64,000 bases of DNA from Octopus sinensis (GCF_006345805.1 NC_043020.1:6510001-6574000), one strand, 5' to 3'. Positions 27,601 to 36,949 are shown, counted from the stretch's first letter. Numbers and translations: made by a program. The notes: generated by a model not told the origin, from the sequence alone.

Positions 27601-30600
27601 ACCACCATCATCACAATCACCATCTTCTTTATCATCACCACCACCATCATCATCACAATCACCATCTTCTTTATCATCACCACCACCACCATCATCACAA
27701 TCACCATCTTCTTTATCATCACCACCACCACCATCATCACAATCACCATCTTCTTTATCATCACCACCACCATCATCATCACAATCACCATCTTCTTTAT
27801 CATCACCACCACCACCACCATCATCACAATCACCATCTTCTTTATCATCACCCACCACCACCATCATCACAATCACCATCTTCTTTATCATCACCACCAC
27901 CATCATCATCACAATCACCATCTTCTTTATCATCACCACCACCACACCATCATCACAATCACCATCTTCTTTATCATCACCACCATCTTCTTTATCATCA
28001 CCACCACCACCATCATCACAATCACCATCTTCTTTATCATCACCACCACCATCATCATCACAATCACCATCTTCTTTATCATCACCACCACCACCATCAT
28101 CACAATCACCATCTTCTTTTCATCATCACCACCACCACCATCATCACAATCACCATCTTCTTTATCATCACCACCACCACCATCATCACAATCACCATCT
28201 TCTTTATCATCACCACCACCATCATCATCACAATCACCATCTCTTTATCATCACCACCACCACCATCATCACAATCACCATCTTCTTTATCATCATCACC
28301 ACCACCACCATCATCACAATCACCATCTTCTTTATCATCACCCCCCACCACCATCATCACAATCACCATCTTCTTTATCATCACCACCACCATCATCATC
28401 ACAATCACCATCTTCTTTATCATCACCACCACCACCACCATCATCAAATCACCATCTTCTTTATCATCACCACCACCATCATCATCACAATCACCATCTT
28501 CTTTATCATCACCACCACCACCATCATCACAATCACCATCTTCTTTATCATCACCACCACCACCATCATCACAATCACCATCTTCTTTATCATCACCACC
28601 ACCATCATCATCACAATCACCATCTTCTTATCATCACCACCACACCACCATCATCACAATCACCATCTTCTTTATCATCACCACCACCATCATCACAATC
28701 ACCATCTTCTTTATCATCACCACCACCACCATCATCACAATCACCATCTTCTTTATCATCACCCCACCACCACCATCATCAAATCACCATCTTCTTTATC
28801 ATCACCACCACCACCATCATCACAATCACCATCTTCTTTATCATCACCACCACCACCATCATCACAATCACCATCTTCTTTATCATCACCACCACCACCA
28901 TCATCACAATCACCATCTTCTTTATCATCACCCCCCACCATCATCATCACAATCACCATCTTCTTTATCATCACCACCACCACCATCATCACAATCACCA
29001 TCTTCTTTATCATCACCACACCACCACCATCATCACAATCACCATCTTCTTTATCATCACCACCACCATCATCATCACAATCACCATCTTCTTTATCATC
29101 ACCACCACCACCATCATCACAATCACCATCTTCTTTATCATCACCACCACCACCATCATCACAATCACCATCTTCTTTATCATCACCACCACCACCATCA
29201 CAATCACCACTATCATCATCATCATCATCATCATCATCACTGACACTGTTAATAATGTGTGTTTCTGTTTTGCAGTGATGTGCGGCGTCTTATTGTCGCG
29301 CTGTCTCGTGCACGTCTGGGATTGTACGTCTTTGCACGTGTCTCCCTCTTCCGCAACTGTTTCGAACTGACCCCAGCGTTTAATAAGGTTAGTTGCTACG
29401 AGCTTCCCTTCAACACTTCGTGCATGTGCGCATGCAAGTGTGTGTGTGTGTGTGTGTGCGCATGCAAGTGTGTGTGTGTGTGTGTGCGCATGCAAGTGTG
29501 TGTGTGCGCGCATGCAAGTGTGTGTGTGCGCATGCAAGTGTGTGTGTGTGTGTGCGCATGCAAGTGTGTGTGTGTGTGTGTGTGCGCATGCAAGTGTGTG
29601 TGTGTGCGCATGCAAGTGTGTGTGTGCGCATGCAAGTGTGTGTGTGCGCGCATGCAAGTGTGTGTGTGCGCATGCAAGTGTGTGTGTGTGTGCGCGCATG
29701 CAAGTGTGTGTGTGTGCGCATGCAAGTGTGTGTGTGTGTGCGCGCATGCAAGTGTGTGTGTGTGCGCATGCAAGTGTGTGTGTGCGCGCGCATGCAAGTG
29801 TGTGTGTGTGTGCGCGCATGCAAGTGTGTGTGTGTGCGCATGCAAGTGTGTGTGTGTGTGCGCATGCAAGTGTGTGTGGTGTGCGCGCATGCAAGTGTGT
29901 GTGTGTGTGTGCGCATGCAAGTGTGTGTGTGTGTGCGCGCATGCAAGTGTGTGTGTGCGCGCATGCAAGTGTGTGTGTGCGCGCATGCAAGTGTGTGTGT
30001 GTGTGCGCGCATGCAAGTGTGTGTGTGTGCGCATGCAGTGTGTGTGTGTGTGCGCATGCAAGTGTGTGTGTGTGGCGCGCATGCAAGTGTGTGTGTGTGT
30101 GTGCGCATGCCAGTGTGTGTGTGTGTGCGCGCATGCAAGTGTGTGTGTGCGCGCATGCAAGTGTGTGTGCGCATGCAAGTGGTGTGTGTGTGCGCGCATG
30201 CAAGTGTTGTGTGTGCGCGCATGCAAGTGTGTGTGTGCGCATGCAAGTGTGTGTGTGTGTGCATGCAAGTGTGTTGTGTGTGTGCATGCAAGTTGTGTGT
30301 GCGCGCATGCAAGTGTGTGTGCGCATGCAAGTGTGTGTGTGTGCGTGCATGCAAGTATGTGTGTGTGCGCATGCAAGTATGTGTGTGTGCGCATGCAAGT
30401 GTGTGTGTGCGCGCATGCAAGTGTGGTGTGCGCGCATGCAAGTGTGTGCGTGCATGCAAGTATGTGTGTGTGCGCATGCAAGTGTGTGTGTGCGCGCATG
30501 CAAGTGTGTGTGTGTGTGCATGCAAGTGTGTGTGTACGCATGCAAGTGAGTGTGTGTGCGCATGCAAGTGTGTGTGTGCGCATGCAAGTGTGTGTGTGCG

Positions 30601-33401
30601 CGCATGCAAGTGTGTGTGTGTGTGTGCGCATGCAAGTATGTGTGTGCGCATGCAAGTGTGTGTGTGTGCGCATGCAAGTGTGTGTGTGTGCGCGCATGCA
30701 AGTGTGTGTGTGTGTGCGCATGCAAGTGTGTGTGTGTGTGTACGCGTGCAAGTGTGTGTGTGTGTGTGCGCATGCAAGTGTGTGTGTGTGCGCATGCAAG
30801 TGTGTGTGTGCGCGCATGCAAGTGTGTGTGTGTGCGCATGCAAATGTGTGTGTGTGTGTGTGCGCATGCAAGTGTGTGTGCTCGTTTGCTTATACATACA
30901 TTTATATGCATGTATATACATGCTTTCATACCATCCTTATCATCATCATTATATATCATCCATTTTCCATGCTGGCATGGGTTGGAAGGTTTGACAGGAA
31001 CTTGCAAGCCGAATGGCTGCACCAGGCCCCAGTTGTCTGTTTTGGCAAGGTTTCTAAGGCTGGATGCCCTTCCTAACACCAACCACTCCCTAACACCCAG
31101 AGTACCGGGTAATTTTTACATGACACCAGGCTGGGTGCTTTTTGCATGAAATTAGCATGAGTGCTTTCTATGTGGCACCAGCACAGGTGTATTTGACATG
31201 GCGCCCGTATGGGTGCCTTTTACATGGCACCGGTACAGGTGCTATGATAGGGTGCCAGTATGAGTGTCTTTTATATGGCACCAGCATGGGTGCTTTCTAT
31301 GTGATGCCAGCAGGGGTGGTTTTTATGTGGCGCCAGCACCTGTGGGGTTCTCAAGTGTCTTGCAAAACAAGAGTATCTCAGCTGAGAGAGGGAGAGGAAC
31401 CAAGAGAAGTGGCCATGTGCCAAGGGAGAGGTGTATTAGCGTTCACCACCACTGTGGAGGTGCGTGGCTTAGTGGTTAGGGTGTTGGACTCATGATTATA
31501 AGATTGTGGTTTCGATTCCTGGACTGGGCGATGCATTGTGTTCTTGAGCAAGACATTTCATTTCACGTTGCCCCAGTCCACTCAGCTGGCAAAAATGAAC
31601 AACCCTGCGACGGACCAGCATCCTGTCCAGTTGGGGAATATATATGTCATGGAAACCAGGAAACCGGCCCTTATGAGTCAGTAAGACTCTAGAAGGGAAC
31701 TATAAAAAAGAAATTTTTTTGTAACCCCCCCCCCACCACCATCCTTTTACAATTTGTTGTCCTCCCTCCTAAATATATTTGTTACCATCTGGCCCTTACT
31801 GGACGTTAACATATTTTGTCTCCCTTTTATTTTGCAGTTAACGAGTCGACCAATTAATCTGCACCTAACACCAACAGAAGTCTACCCTCCAGTACGGAAG
31901 GTGAGTAGTTTGCAAAGAGCATCACCATCTTTACCACCACAAATACCACACCGCCACCACTACCATACCACCACAGTACCACCATACACACACACACACA
32001 CACATAAATTTAAATAGCGGTTAAAATAACCTCATTCATCATCATCATCATCGTTTAACGTCCGTTCTCCATGCTAGCATGGTACACATACGCATGAGTA
32101 CCATCAAGCATTGCCTCCAGGGGTTTAGTAAATGCCCAGGCAGCAGGCCTGTAAAGCAGCACATATTCTACAGTGGCATGGAAGAAGGTTCTTTTAACAC
32201 TAGGTAGTGATGACTTCCAGATGACATTGGCCATCGAAAACAGCCCATGTTTTCACAAGACATATTTTTACAATCTTTTCAGTTAAAATGAAGGTCTATT
32301 GACCCTGTACCTTCATTTTAACTAAATAAATCTTAGAAAGAGGGACTTGTACTCTGCCCGTCATCTAAATTAAATAGGTTAGGTATGGCTGTGTGGTTGC
32401 AAAGCTTGCTTCCCAATCATATGGTCTTTAGTTCAGTCCCACTGCATGGTACCCTAGGCAAGTAAGTGTCTTGTACTATAGCTCCAGGTAAACCAAAGCC
32501 TTGTGAGTAGATTTGGTAGATGGAAACTGAAAGAAGCCGATTGTATCATCATCATCATCATCATCATCATTTAGCGTCCGTTTTCCATGCTAGCATGGGT
32601 TGGACGGTTCAACTGGGGTCTGTGAAGCCGGAAGGCTTCATCAGGCCCAGTCAGATCTGACAGTGTTTCTACGGCTGGATGCCCTTCCTAACGCCAACCA
32701 CTCCATGAGTGTAGTGGGTGCTTTTTACGTGCCACCCGCACAGGTGCCAGACAGAGCTGGCAAACAGCCACGAACGGATGGTGCTTTTACGTGCCACCGG
32801 CACGTGGGCCAGGCGAGGCTGGCTACGGACATGAGCGGATGGTGTTTTTACGTGCCACCGGCACGGGGGCTATGCAAGGCTGGCAACTAATGTATGTGTG
32901 TATAATTTTGTGTGTTTATGTATATAATGTTGTATGTTTGTGTACTCTCTTGTTCAGACATCACATGATGATTGTAAATCAAATGAGTGTTGATGACAGG
33001 AAGGGCATCCAGCCATAGAAAACCTGTGTGGACAAATTCTGACTGACCCATGCAAGCATGGAGACGTGAACATTAAATAATGATGATGATGAGGAGGAAG
33101 AGATCTAAGAAAGGGAATTCACTGCCCATAGCTTGTCACAGTCTCATATTCATGCCATCACTTCCTCTCACCTGGTCAAATCAACACCTGATATTTGAGC
33201 AGCTTTTATCTTACCTGTTGTTGTTTTTCCAAGTTATTAAATGTTCATTGTTGTTGTTGTTGTTATTTCCAATGACAGGTCACAGAACTGGCTTACGGTA
33301 AAGTTGTCGTGATGGAAGACATGGCTCAAATGGCACAGTTTGTCTTTGATTTCTACAACTCCAAAGTTGATTCCCTCATGCGCCAACGGACTTTCGCCAA
33401 A
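271..33401 (+). CDS. AQR: RNA helicase aquarius (intron-binding protein aquarius), 5'-partial multi-exon gene; 21 coding exons in window
   Basis: Spliced translation follows metazoan AQR colinearly: [37 protein letters not shown], Walker [15 protein letters not shown] (Walker B variant), [29 protein letters not shown]. All introns are GT-AG and all 21 exon phases chain without a frameshift (2656 nt). Confidence 0.97.
421..924 (+). mobile_element. 3' fragment of a Tx1/L1-like non-LTR retrotransposon
   Basis: Frame 421-579 reads [52 protein letters not shown], with the ER...F...W pattern of Tx1-type ORF2 ends; followed by a T-rich UTR, AATAAA at 901 and an (ATC)n tail. Confidence 0.6.
1537..1636 (+). 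CDS. AQR: AQR exon ([22 protein letters not shown]...SEWE)
   Basis: tcccag acceptor, GTACGA donor, phase 0 to 1. Confidence 0.93.
1839..2382 (-). mobile_element. Internally deleted mariner element, copy 1
   Basis: TIR ttgggttgtccggaaag after TA; reverse strand encodes [15 protein letters not shown] joined to [20 protein letters not shown]; second TIR truncated. Confidence 0.9.
2385..2580 (-). mobile_element. R4/Dong-like non-LTR fragment (restriction-like endonuclease region)
   Basis: Reverse strand reads, with stops and a shift, [31 protein letters not shown]...IGI, resembling the EK..KY..L..E..RLW...V.P..VG.LG pattern of REL-domain elements. Confidence 0.55.
2612..2779 (+). CDS. AQR: AQR exon ([14 protein letters not shown]...[19 protein letters not shown])
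   Basis: ttttcag acceptor, GTAAGG donor, phase 1 to 1. Confidence 0.95.
2845..3670. repeat. Compound (ATT)n/(ATC)n microsatellite, about 830 bp
   Basis: Directly visible. Confidence 0.98.
3685..3791 (+). CDS. AQR: AQR exon ([27 protein letters not shown])
   Basis: ttcttag acceptor, GTAATT donor, phase 1 to 0. Confidence 0.94.
4322..4536. mobile_element. Mariner-type MITE (a truncated second copy lies just upstream at about 4242-4319)
   Basis: TIRs tgagggggcgctgaaaagttcctgg / ccaggaactttccagcaccccctca flanked by TA on both sides. Confidence 0.8.
4902..5071 (+). CDS. AQR: AQR exon ([31 protein letters not shown]...AHYS)
   Basis: cttgttag acceptor, GTAAGT donor, highly conserved AQR peptide. 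Confidence 0.96.
5130..5280 (+). mobile_element. RTE-clade LINE fragment
   Basis: [15 protein letters not shown]....[21 protein letters not shown]; same family as 8945-9730. Confidence 0.75.
5438..5572 (+). CDS. AQR: AQR exon ([15 protein letters not shown]...PPF)
   Basis: ctccag acceptor, GTATTG donor, phase 2 to 2. Confidence 0.93.
5697..5907. mobile_element. piggyBac-like (TTAA) MITE
   Basis: ttaa-ccttttagcattt ... tctgaatgctaaagag-ttaa; related copy split by CR1 at about 34478-35150. Confidence 0.65.
6398..6718. mobile_element. Foldback (long inverted arm) repeat, copy 1
   Basis: Arms 6465-6590 and 6600-6710 are reverse complements; second copy at 45906-46240. Confidence 0.8.
7139..7273 (+). 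CDS. AQR: AQR exon (...[17 protein letters not shown])
   Basis: ctcttcag acceptor, GTAACA donor; IPNRGPY motif. Confidence 0.93.
7370..7830. repeat. (CAC/ACT/CAT)n compound triplet repeat
   Basis: Directly visible. Confidence 0.95.
8473..8653 (+). CDS. AQR: AQR exon with Walker A ([30 protein letters not shown]...THSNQ)
   Basis: ctcgtag acceptor, GTGAGT donor. Confidence 0.97.
8945..9730 (+). mobile_element. RTE-clade LINE 3' fragment interrupted by a second LINE
   Basis: [24 protein letters not shown]...[14 protein letters not shown] then DEDGCVKKC...GRPWK.W; resumes after an 11-bp duplication. Confidence 0.85.
9210..9518 (+). mobile_element. 5'-truncated RTE/RTEX-like LINE nested in the RTE
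   Basis: WKHHPT...YGKLP.VS..V..RR.QFAGHC.R....S.LLLW.P; (GAT)n tail; TSD tgatgtgtatg at 9199-9209 and 9519-9529. Confidence 0.8.
9923..10032 (+). CDS. AQR: AQR exon ([27 protein letters not shown]...KDYS)
   Basis: cttgtag acceptor; weak GTCTGA donor but phase fits the next exon. Confidence 0.94.
10451..10795 (-). mobile_element. tRNA-derived SINE family 1 (ggagtggctgtgtggt head)
   Basis: Reverse complement of the family consensus. Other copies at about 3869, 6117/6730, 12839, 13240, 13808, 19430, 19700, 37805, 40559, 53070, 56363, 58365, 58760, 60180 and 62270. Confidence 0.85.
10949..11084 (+). CDS. AQR: AQR exon ([15 protein letters not shown]...[13 protein letters not shown])
   Basis: ccctcag acceptor, GTGAGT donor. 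Confidence 0.95.
12393..12446 (+). CDS. AQR: AQR short exon ([18 protein letters not shown])
   Basis: ttcttcag acceptor, GTTGGT donor, 54 nt phase 0 to 0; matches the VxSRWEE segment of AQR. Confidence 0.88.
12839..13205 (-). mobile_element. tRNA-derived SINE family 1
   Basis: Full-length reverse copy. Confidence 0.85.
13808..14160 (+). mobile_element. tRNA-derived SINE family 1
   Basis: Head ggcgcaggagtggctgtgtagt through tail cagtcaaatgactgaaacaagtaaaa. Confidence 0.85.
14806..14961 (+). CDS. AQR: AQR exon (...[13 protein letters not shown]...[14 protein letters not shown])
   Basis: attcag acceptor, GTAAAT donor. Confidence 0.93.
15497..15940. repeat. (CTT)n polypyrimidine tract with 42-48 bp higher-order periodicity
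   Basis: Directly visible; units marked by cac and cta-att interruptions. Confidence 0.97.
16131..16268 (+). CDS. AQR: AQR exon ([11 protein letters not shown]...[15 protein letters not shown]...GFK)
   Basis: ctccag acceptor, GTAAAG donor. Confidence 0.96.
16845..17392 (+). mobile_element. Internally deleted mariner element, copy 2
   Basis: Both TIRs with TA TSD; [14 protein letters not shown] motif; extra 5' TIR fragment at 16687-16776. Confidence 0.9.
17947..18018 (+). CDS. AQR: AQR exon with Walker B ([24 protein letters not shown])
   Basis: tttcag acceptor, GTAATT donor. Confidence 0.96.
19118..19305 (+). CDS. AQR: AQR exon ([41 protein letters not shown]...QGRARA)
   Basis: ctttcag acceptor, GTATAG donor; motif III. 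Confidence 0.97.
19949..20120 (+). CDS. AQR: AQR exon ([18 protein letters not shown]...[11 protein letters not shown])
   Basis: tttgacag acceptor, GTGAGA donor. Confidence 0.96.
20150..20870. repeat. (CAC/CAT)n compound microsatellite
   Basis: Directly visible. Confidence 0.97.
21454..21806 (-). mobile_element. Non-autonomous Helitron-like family 2
   Basis: Reverse strand starts TC and ends CTAG; near-identical to 54561-54916 and 56101-56298. Confidence 0.7.
21865..22190 (+). mobile_element. tRNA-derived SINE family 4 (tgtgtccttgagcaagacac core)
   Basis: A box tggctcagtggtta and B box gttcgattcc; related copies at about 7900, 24290, 31455 and 35170. Confidence 0.75.
22396..22566 (+). CDS. 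AQR: AQR exon ([40 protein letters not shown]...RPHK)
   Basis: catcacag acceptor, GTAATC donor. Confidence 0.97.
23020..23430 (+). mobile_element. SINE family 2 (Nin/Deu-like central domain), head-to-tail dimer
   Basis: gttctgagttcaaattccgccgaggtcgactttgcctttcatcctttcggggtcgataaattaagtaccag core; copies at about 15010, 17450, 17690, 18770, 22853(-), 39590(-), 44750(-), 50478, 52350 and 63360. Confidence 0.8.
23688..23773 (+). CDS. AQR: AQR exon ([28 protein letters not shown])
   Basis: gtttag acceptor, GTGAGT donor; motif V. Confidence 0.97.
23835..24085 (-). mobile_element. SINE-like family 3 with (ATG)n tail
   Basis: catcatcgtttaacgtccg...ggatgcccttcctaacgccaaccactcc; copies at about 11410, 30950, 32565, 39040, 59130 and 61495. 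Confidence 0.75.
24116..24223. mobile_element. 108-bp Tc1/mariner-type MITE
   Basis: TIRs cagggtgattcaaaagtc / gacttttgaatcaccctg; TA on the left. Confidence 0.8.
25030..29240. repeat. Minisatellite, 42-bp unit (atcaccatcttctttatcatcaccaccaccaccatcatcaca), about 100 copies
   Basis: Directly visible; 14-codon periodicity in the ORF track. Confidence 0.98.
29276..29387 (+). CDS. AQR: AQR exon ([37 protein letters not shown])
   Basis: ttttgcag acceptor, GTTAGT donor; motif VI. Confidence 0.96.
29420..30880. repeat. Composite satellite GC(GC)GCATGCAA(GT)n, roughly 65 units of variable length
   Basis: Directly visible. Confidence 0.98.
31838..31900 (+). CDS. AQR: AQR exon ([21 protein letters not shown])
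   Basis: ttttgcag acceptor, GTGAGT donor; matches LTxRPLxLH...E.FP..RK. Confidence 0.9.
33279..33401 (+). CDS. AQR: AQR exon ([41 protein letters not shown])
   Basis: aatgacag acceptor, GTAAGT donor; M.QMA.FV..Y motif of the AQR C-terminus. Confidence 0.85.
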
Positions 33402-33830
33402 GTAAGTGGTACCCGCTGCTTCGTTTCAGTATCTCGTCTCGTTATTTATTAATCTGCAGACAAAGAAATAGGAGTACAAAGTACATTGAAGTACTGACCA
33501 CATATGTAGATTTAACAGCTGTTCTATTGGCACAAGGCTTGAAATTGTGGGTGAAGGGGGCTGATCAAATACATCAACCCCGGTGCTTAACTGGAACTTA
33601 TATCATCAACCCTGAAAGAATGACAAGCAAAGCTGTCCTTGGCGCCATCTGAATTCAGAGTGTAAAGACAGACAAAATGGCGCTATTTTACTTGGCATGC
33701 TAACGATTCTAGCAGCATACCGCCCTCCTAATAATGATAAGAATAATCCTTTCTGCTATTAGCACAAGGCCTGAAATTTGGTGGAGGGGTCAAGTTGATT
33801 GCATCGACCTCAAACTACTCCTGTAGTATA

Positions 33831-34410
33831 GGTATGAATATAAAAAATAGACTGCATCCCGCTGCCAAACCATGTGAAACCAGTGTGGCAGAATGGGCTC
33901 ATCAAACCAGTTTTATCTCAAGCTCAAATTCATGGCCTCCACATCAGACTGTGGTTGGGTGAGAGAACATGCTGAGGCCTTTGTCCTGCAGTAGACTGAA
34001 TATGGGCAATCTAATCCAATCTAACCACCTCAGGTTAATCTTTGGTATGAGTATAAAAACTGCATCCCCCTGTTGAGCCAATGTGGTAGAGTGGGCTCAT
34101 CCAACTAGTGTGATCTCAAGCTCAAATTCATGGCCTCCATGTCAGACCGCAGTTAGTGATGAGAATGTGCTGAGGCCTTTGTCCTGCAGTGGATTGAATA
34201 TAGGCAATCCAACCTCAGATCAGTCTTTGGTATGAGTAGAAAAACTGCATCCCCCTGCGAAGCCATGTTGAGCCAGTGTGGCAGAGTAGGCTCATCAAAC
34301 CAGTCTGATCTCAGGCTCAAATTCATGGCCTCCACATCAGACCGCAGTTGGTGATGAGAACATGCTAAGGTCTTCGTCCTGCAGAGCACTGAACATAGGC
34401 AATCCGATCC
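33831..34410 (+). repeat. Three tandem copies of a roughly 185-215 bp unit, possibly derived from an RTE 3' end
   Basis: Unit starts ggtatga.ta.aaaaactgcatccc at 33831, 34045 and 34229. Confidence 0.85.
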
Positions 34411-34601
34411 AATATTGTGTCTGGTTCTTTGATAGTCACCTGATGTACAGCAATGGTATGCTGTGGTGTGTCTATATTAACCATTTAGTGTTCAAACCAG
34501 CCAAATCAGGCCCTGCTATTCTACTTTGTTTTATGTTCAAACCAGCCAGATTTGACCTCTCGCACCTATCCTACAGTGTCATTCTAAAAATAAACAGTCA
34601 C

Positions 34602-35057
34602 CAGAAGCTGGCTACCCGCATGGTTCTTGGTCTCAAGAATTTGTCTTATGAAGAAAGTCTGAAGACGCTCGACTTTTATTCTCTAGAAAAACGACGCCGC
34701 CGTGGTGATCTCATTCTTGCTCACAACGTCATAAGCGGAAAGTGTAACCTCTCGAAGGGGCTGTTCTTCACTCCTGCTCCAGAGCGTCGGCTGCGGGGTC
34801 ACTCCGAAAAGCTCTATCTGCGACGATTTCATCTCAATCGAAGGAGAGGGGCTTTCTCCATCCGGGTTGCGGATCCGTGGAACAAGCTGCCGGACGAGAT
34901 GGTGAAGATGCCGACGACCACTCGGTTCAAAGTCTCCCTTGACCACAAGTGGCCTGAACTCTTTACATGAGCACCACCCTGTACATAACTCCATGTCCCC
35001 CTACATGGCCTTGCTTTTTGCTTTTTGAGCCAAAAATTAACTAACTAACTAACTAAC
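34602..35057 (+). mobile_element. CR1-clade LINE 3' fragment
   Basis: QKLATRMV.GL..LSYEE.L..L...SLEKRR.RGDLI...RGH..KL....WNKLP...FK..LD; intact stop, (CTAA)n tail. Confidence 0.92.
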
Positions 35058-35584
35058 ATCACCAAAGCTCTAAGCTATGGGATAACACCTGATTAATTCA
35101 AAACAAGTGTGAATTCATAAGTATTGCATCTGAATGCTAAAGGCTTGCTGATGTGTTGATCTGTGCGCAGGCTTTTGGCTCAGTGGTTAGGGTACTCAGC
35201 TCACGATCGTAAAATCATGAGTTCAATTCCCAGCGACACATTGTGTCCTTGAGCAAGACACTTTATTTCACATTACTCCACTCCACTCAGCTGCCAAATA
35301 TAAATAGTACCTGTAATTAAAAGGGGCCAGCCTTGTCACAGTCTGTGTCATGCTGAATTTCCATGAGAACTTGATGAAGGGTACACGTGTTTGTGGAGCC
35401 CTCAGCCACTTGCATGTTGATTTTATGAGCTGGCTATTCTGTGGATTGTTTCAGCTGGAATCTCCATCGTCATAACTGACAACGCCAGTTATGTATGTAA
35501 ATGTATGTTATGATGTATATATTATATTGTATGTTATGGTGTATATATATATTGAAGGTATATAGTGGCTGTGTCTATTTAATA

Positions 35585-36150
35585 TTGGGTTTTCCGGAAA
35601 GTTTGTGCCGATTTATCGTAGCTTACCTTTCGACTTATTTTAGAACATGGTTGGTCCATAAAATTGGATTTGACTACACCTCCATTTAGAGCACAGTTTA
35701 AGCCATCTTTTCGTGGAAGAAGGTTTATGTTCCTATAACCTGTGTTAATTCTGTAACCCTTTAAAATGGAAGGTAAGAAAGTTCATTTTCGGCACTTGAT
35801 GCTTTGGGAACCAGACAAAAATTGCTGCAGCTCGGCTGGGATGTGTTACCCCAACCCTCCATATTCACCAGATATTGCTCCTTCGGATTTCCACTTATTC
35901 ACGTCTCTGCAGAATAGTTTTAATGGTAAAAATTTCAATTCTTTGGATAACGTAAAAAGAGACCTTGATGAATTCTTTGCCATGAAACCACCTCAATTCT
36001 GGGAAGAGGGTATTTTCAAGTTAAAGGAAAGATGGAGACGCATTGTGCAACAAAATGGTTCATATTTGGTTGATTAAAAATGTAATGGCAAGTATTTATT
36101 GACCTTTTGCTTTCCTTTAAAAATTGGCACAAACTTTCCGGACAACCCAA
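35585..36150 (+). mobile_element. Internally deleted mariner element, copy 3
   Basis: Both TIRs, [20 protein letters not shown]...[12 protein letters not shown]. Confidence 0.9.
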
Positions 36151-36232
36151 TAGTATGTTTTGATCTAGAATAAACGTAACATTTCTGCCACATTCCTACC
36201 TAACATTTACATTTTATTTCTTTTATTCACAG

Positions 36233-36238
36233 CGATGA
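36233..36238 (+). CDS. AQR: Putative AQR terminal coding exon (Arg-stop) followed by 3' UTR
   Basis: CCTAAC branch-like motif about 30 nt upstream, long polypyrimidine tract and cacag at 36228-36232; in phase 0 reads CGA TGA. No homology support. Confidence 0.45.
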   Translation, partial: R

Positions 36239-36949
36239 TGTTGGACAAAAATGGATTTTTCACAGAATCTTTGGCATCTTATGTTTGTGTGAGAAACGAA
36301 CAGATTCACGAACAGACAGACGGTTACCTGTCCTAGAACAGCTATGATTGCCCAATGACTCGTGTCTCATAAACAACAGACTTTACAGAAATCACTCCCC
36401 TCTCTCTCTCATTCATTCTTCTCATCCTTTTTTTTTATTATAACCCCCTTCTCTCTTATTTTTACCCCTAAATTTCATATTTCAAATTCAAAAATATATT
36501 CCCCCAAGGTCCTTTGCTTTGATCTTGTAACTCAGAAGCAAATATTTTAATTTTAAAAACCAATGGAATCCAGAAATTACAGAACAGGATTGAATGAATT
36601 TCACCATTTTGTTGCATTATAGTCTTCTCTTCTGAGCCAACTTTATTCCTCTGGGATCAAACATAACTAAGTCCTACACAGCCATCAGTTTAATATTTGA
36701 GATGACCATTGTGAGGTTATATGCATGAGTTTTGTTTTGTACCTCCTCCATAATTGTCTTTTTATAGTTGTTTTTCTTGTTGTTGTTCAGTTTTTGTGTT
36801 TATGTCTCTTCTCCCTAACAGCTTCAATAGAAGCTGTTGACACTGCTGGATTGAGTAGTTCTGTTGCTAGGTGTTGAAACTGCATTGACATCCAGTCAAC
36901 AGCTGATGAGAGGGTATTGAGTACCTTTTGTGTCCATTTGGTTTTCATT

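Noticed and set aside
25024-29370. 1448-aa and 1061-aa ORFs (extensin-, mucin- or His-rich-like)
   Set aside because: Produced by a stop-free 42-bp minisatellite inside an AQR intron; all frames are open and there is no domain content
29420-30880. CRISPR-like look (fixed core plus variable spacers)
   Set aside because: Eukaryotic intron; the spacers are just (GT)n of varying length, the core is only about 10 bp, and there are no cas genes
29013-31149. Long CVCAHAS / HTHTCMR ORFs on both strands
   Set aside because: Translation of the GCATGCAA(GT)n satellite; only 29276-29387 is a real exon
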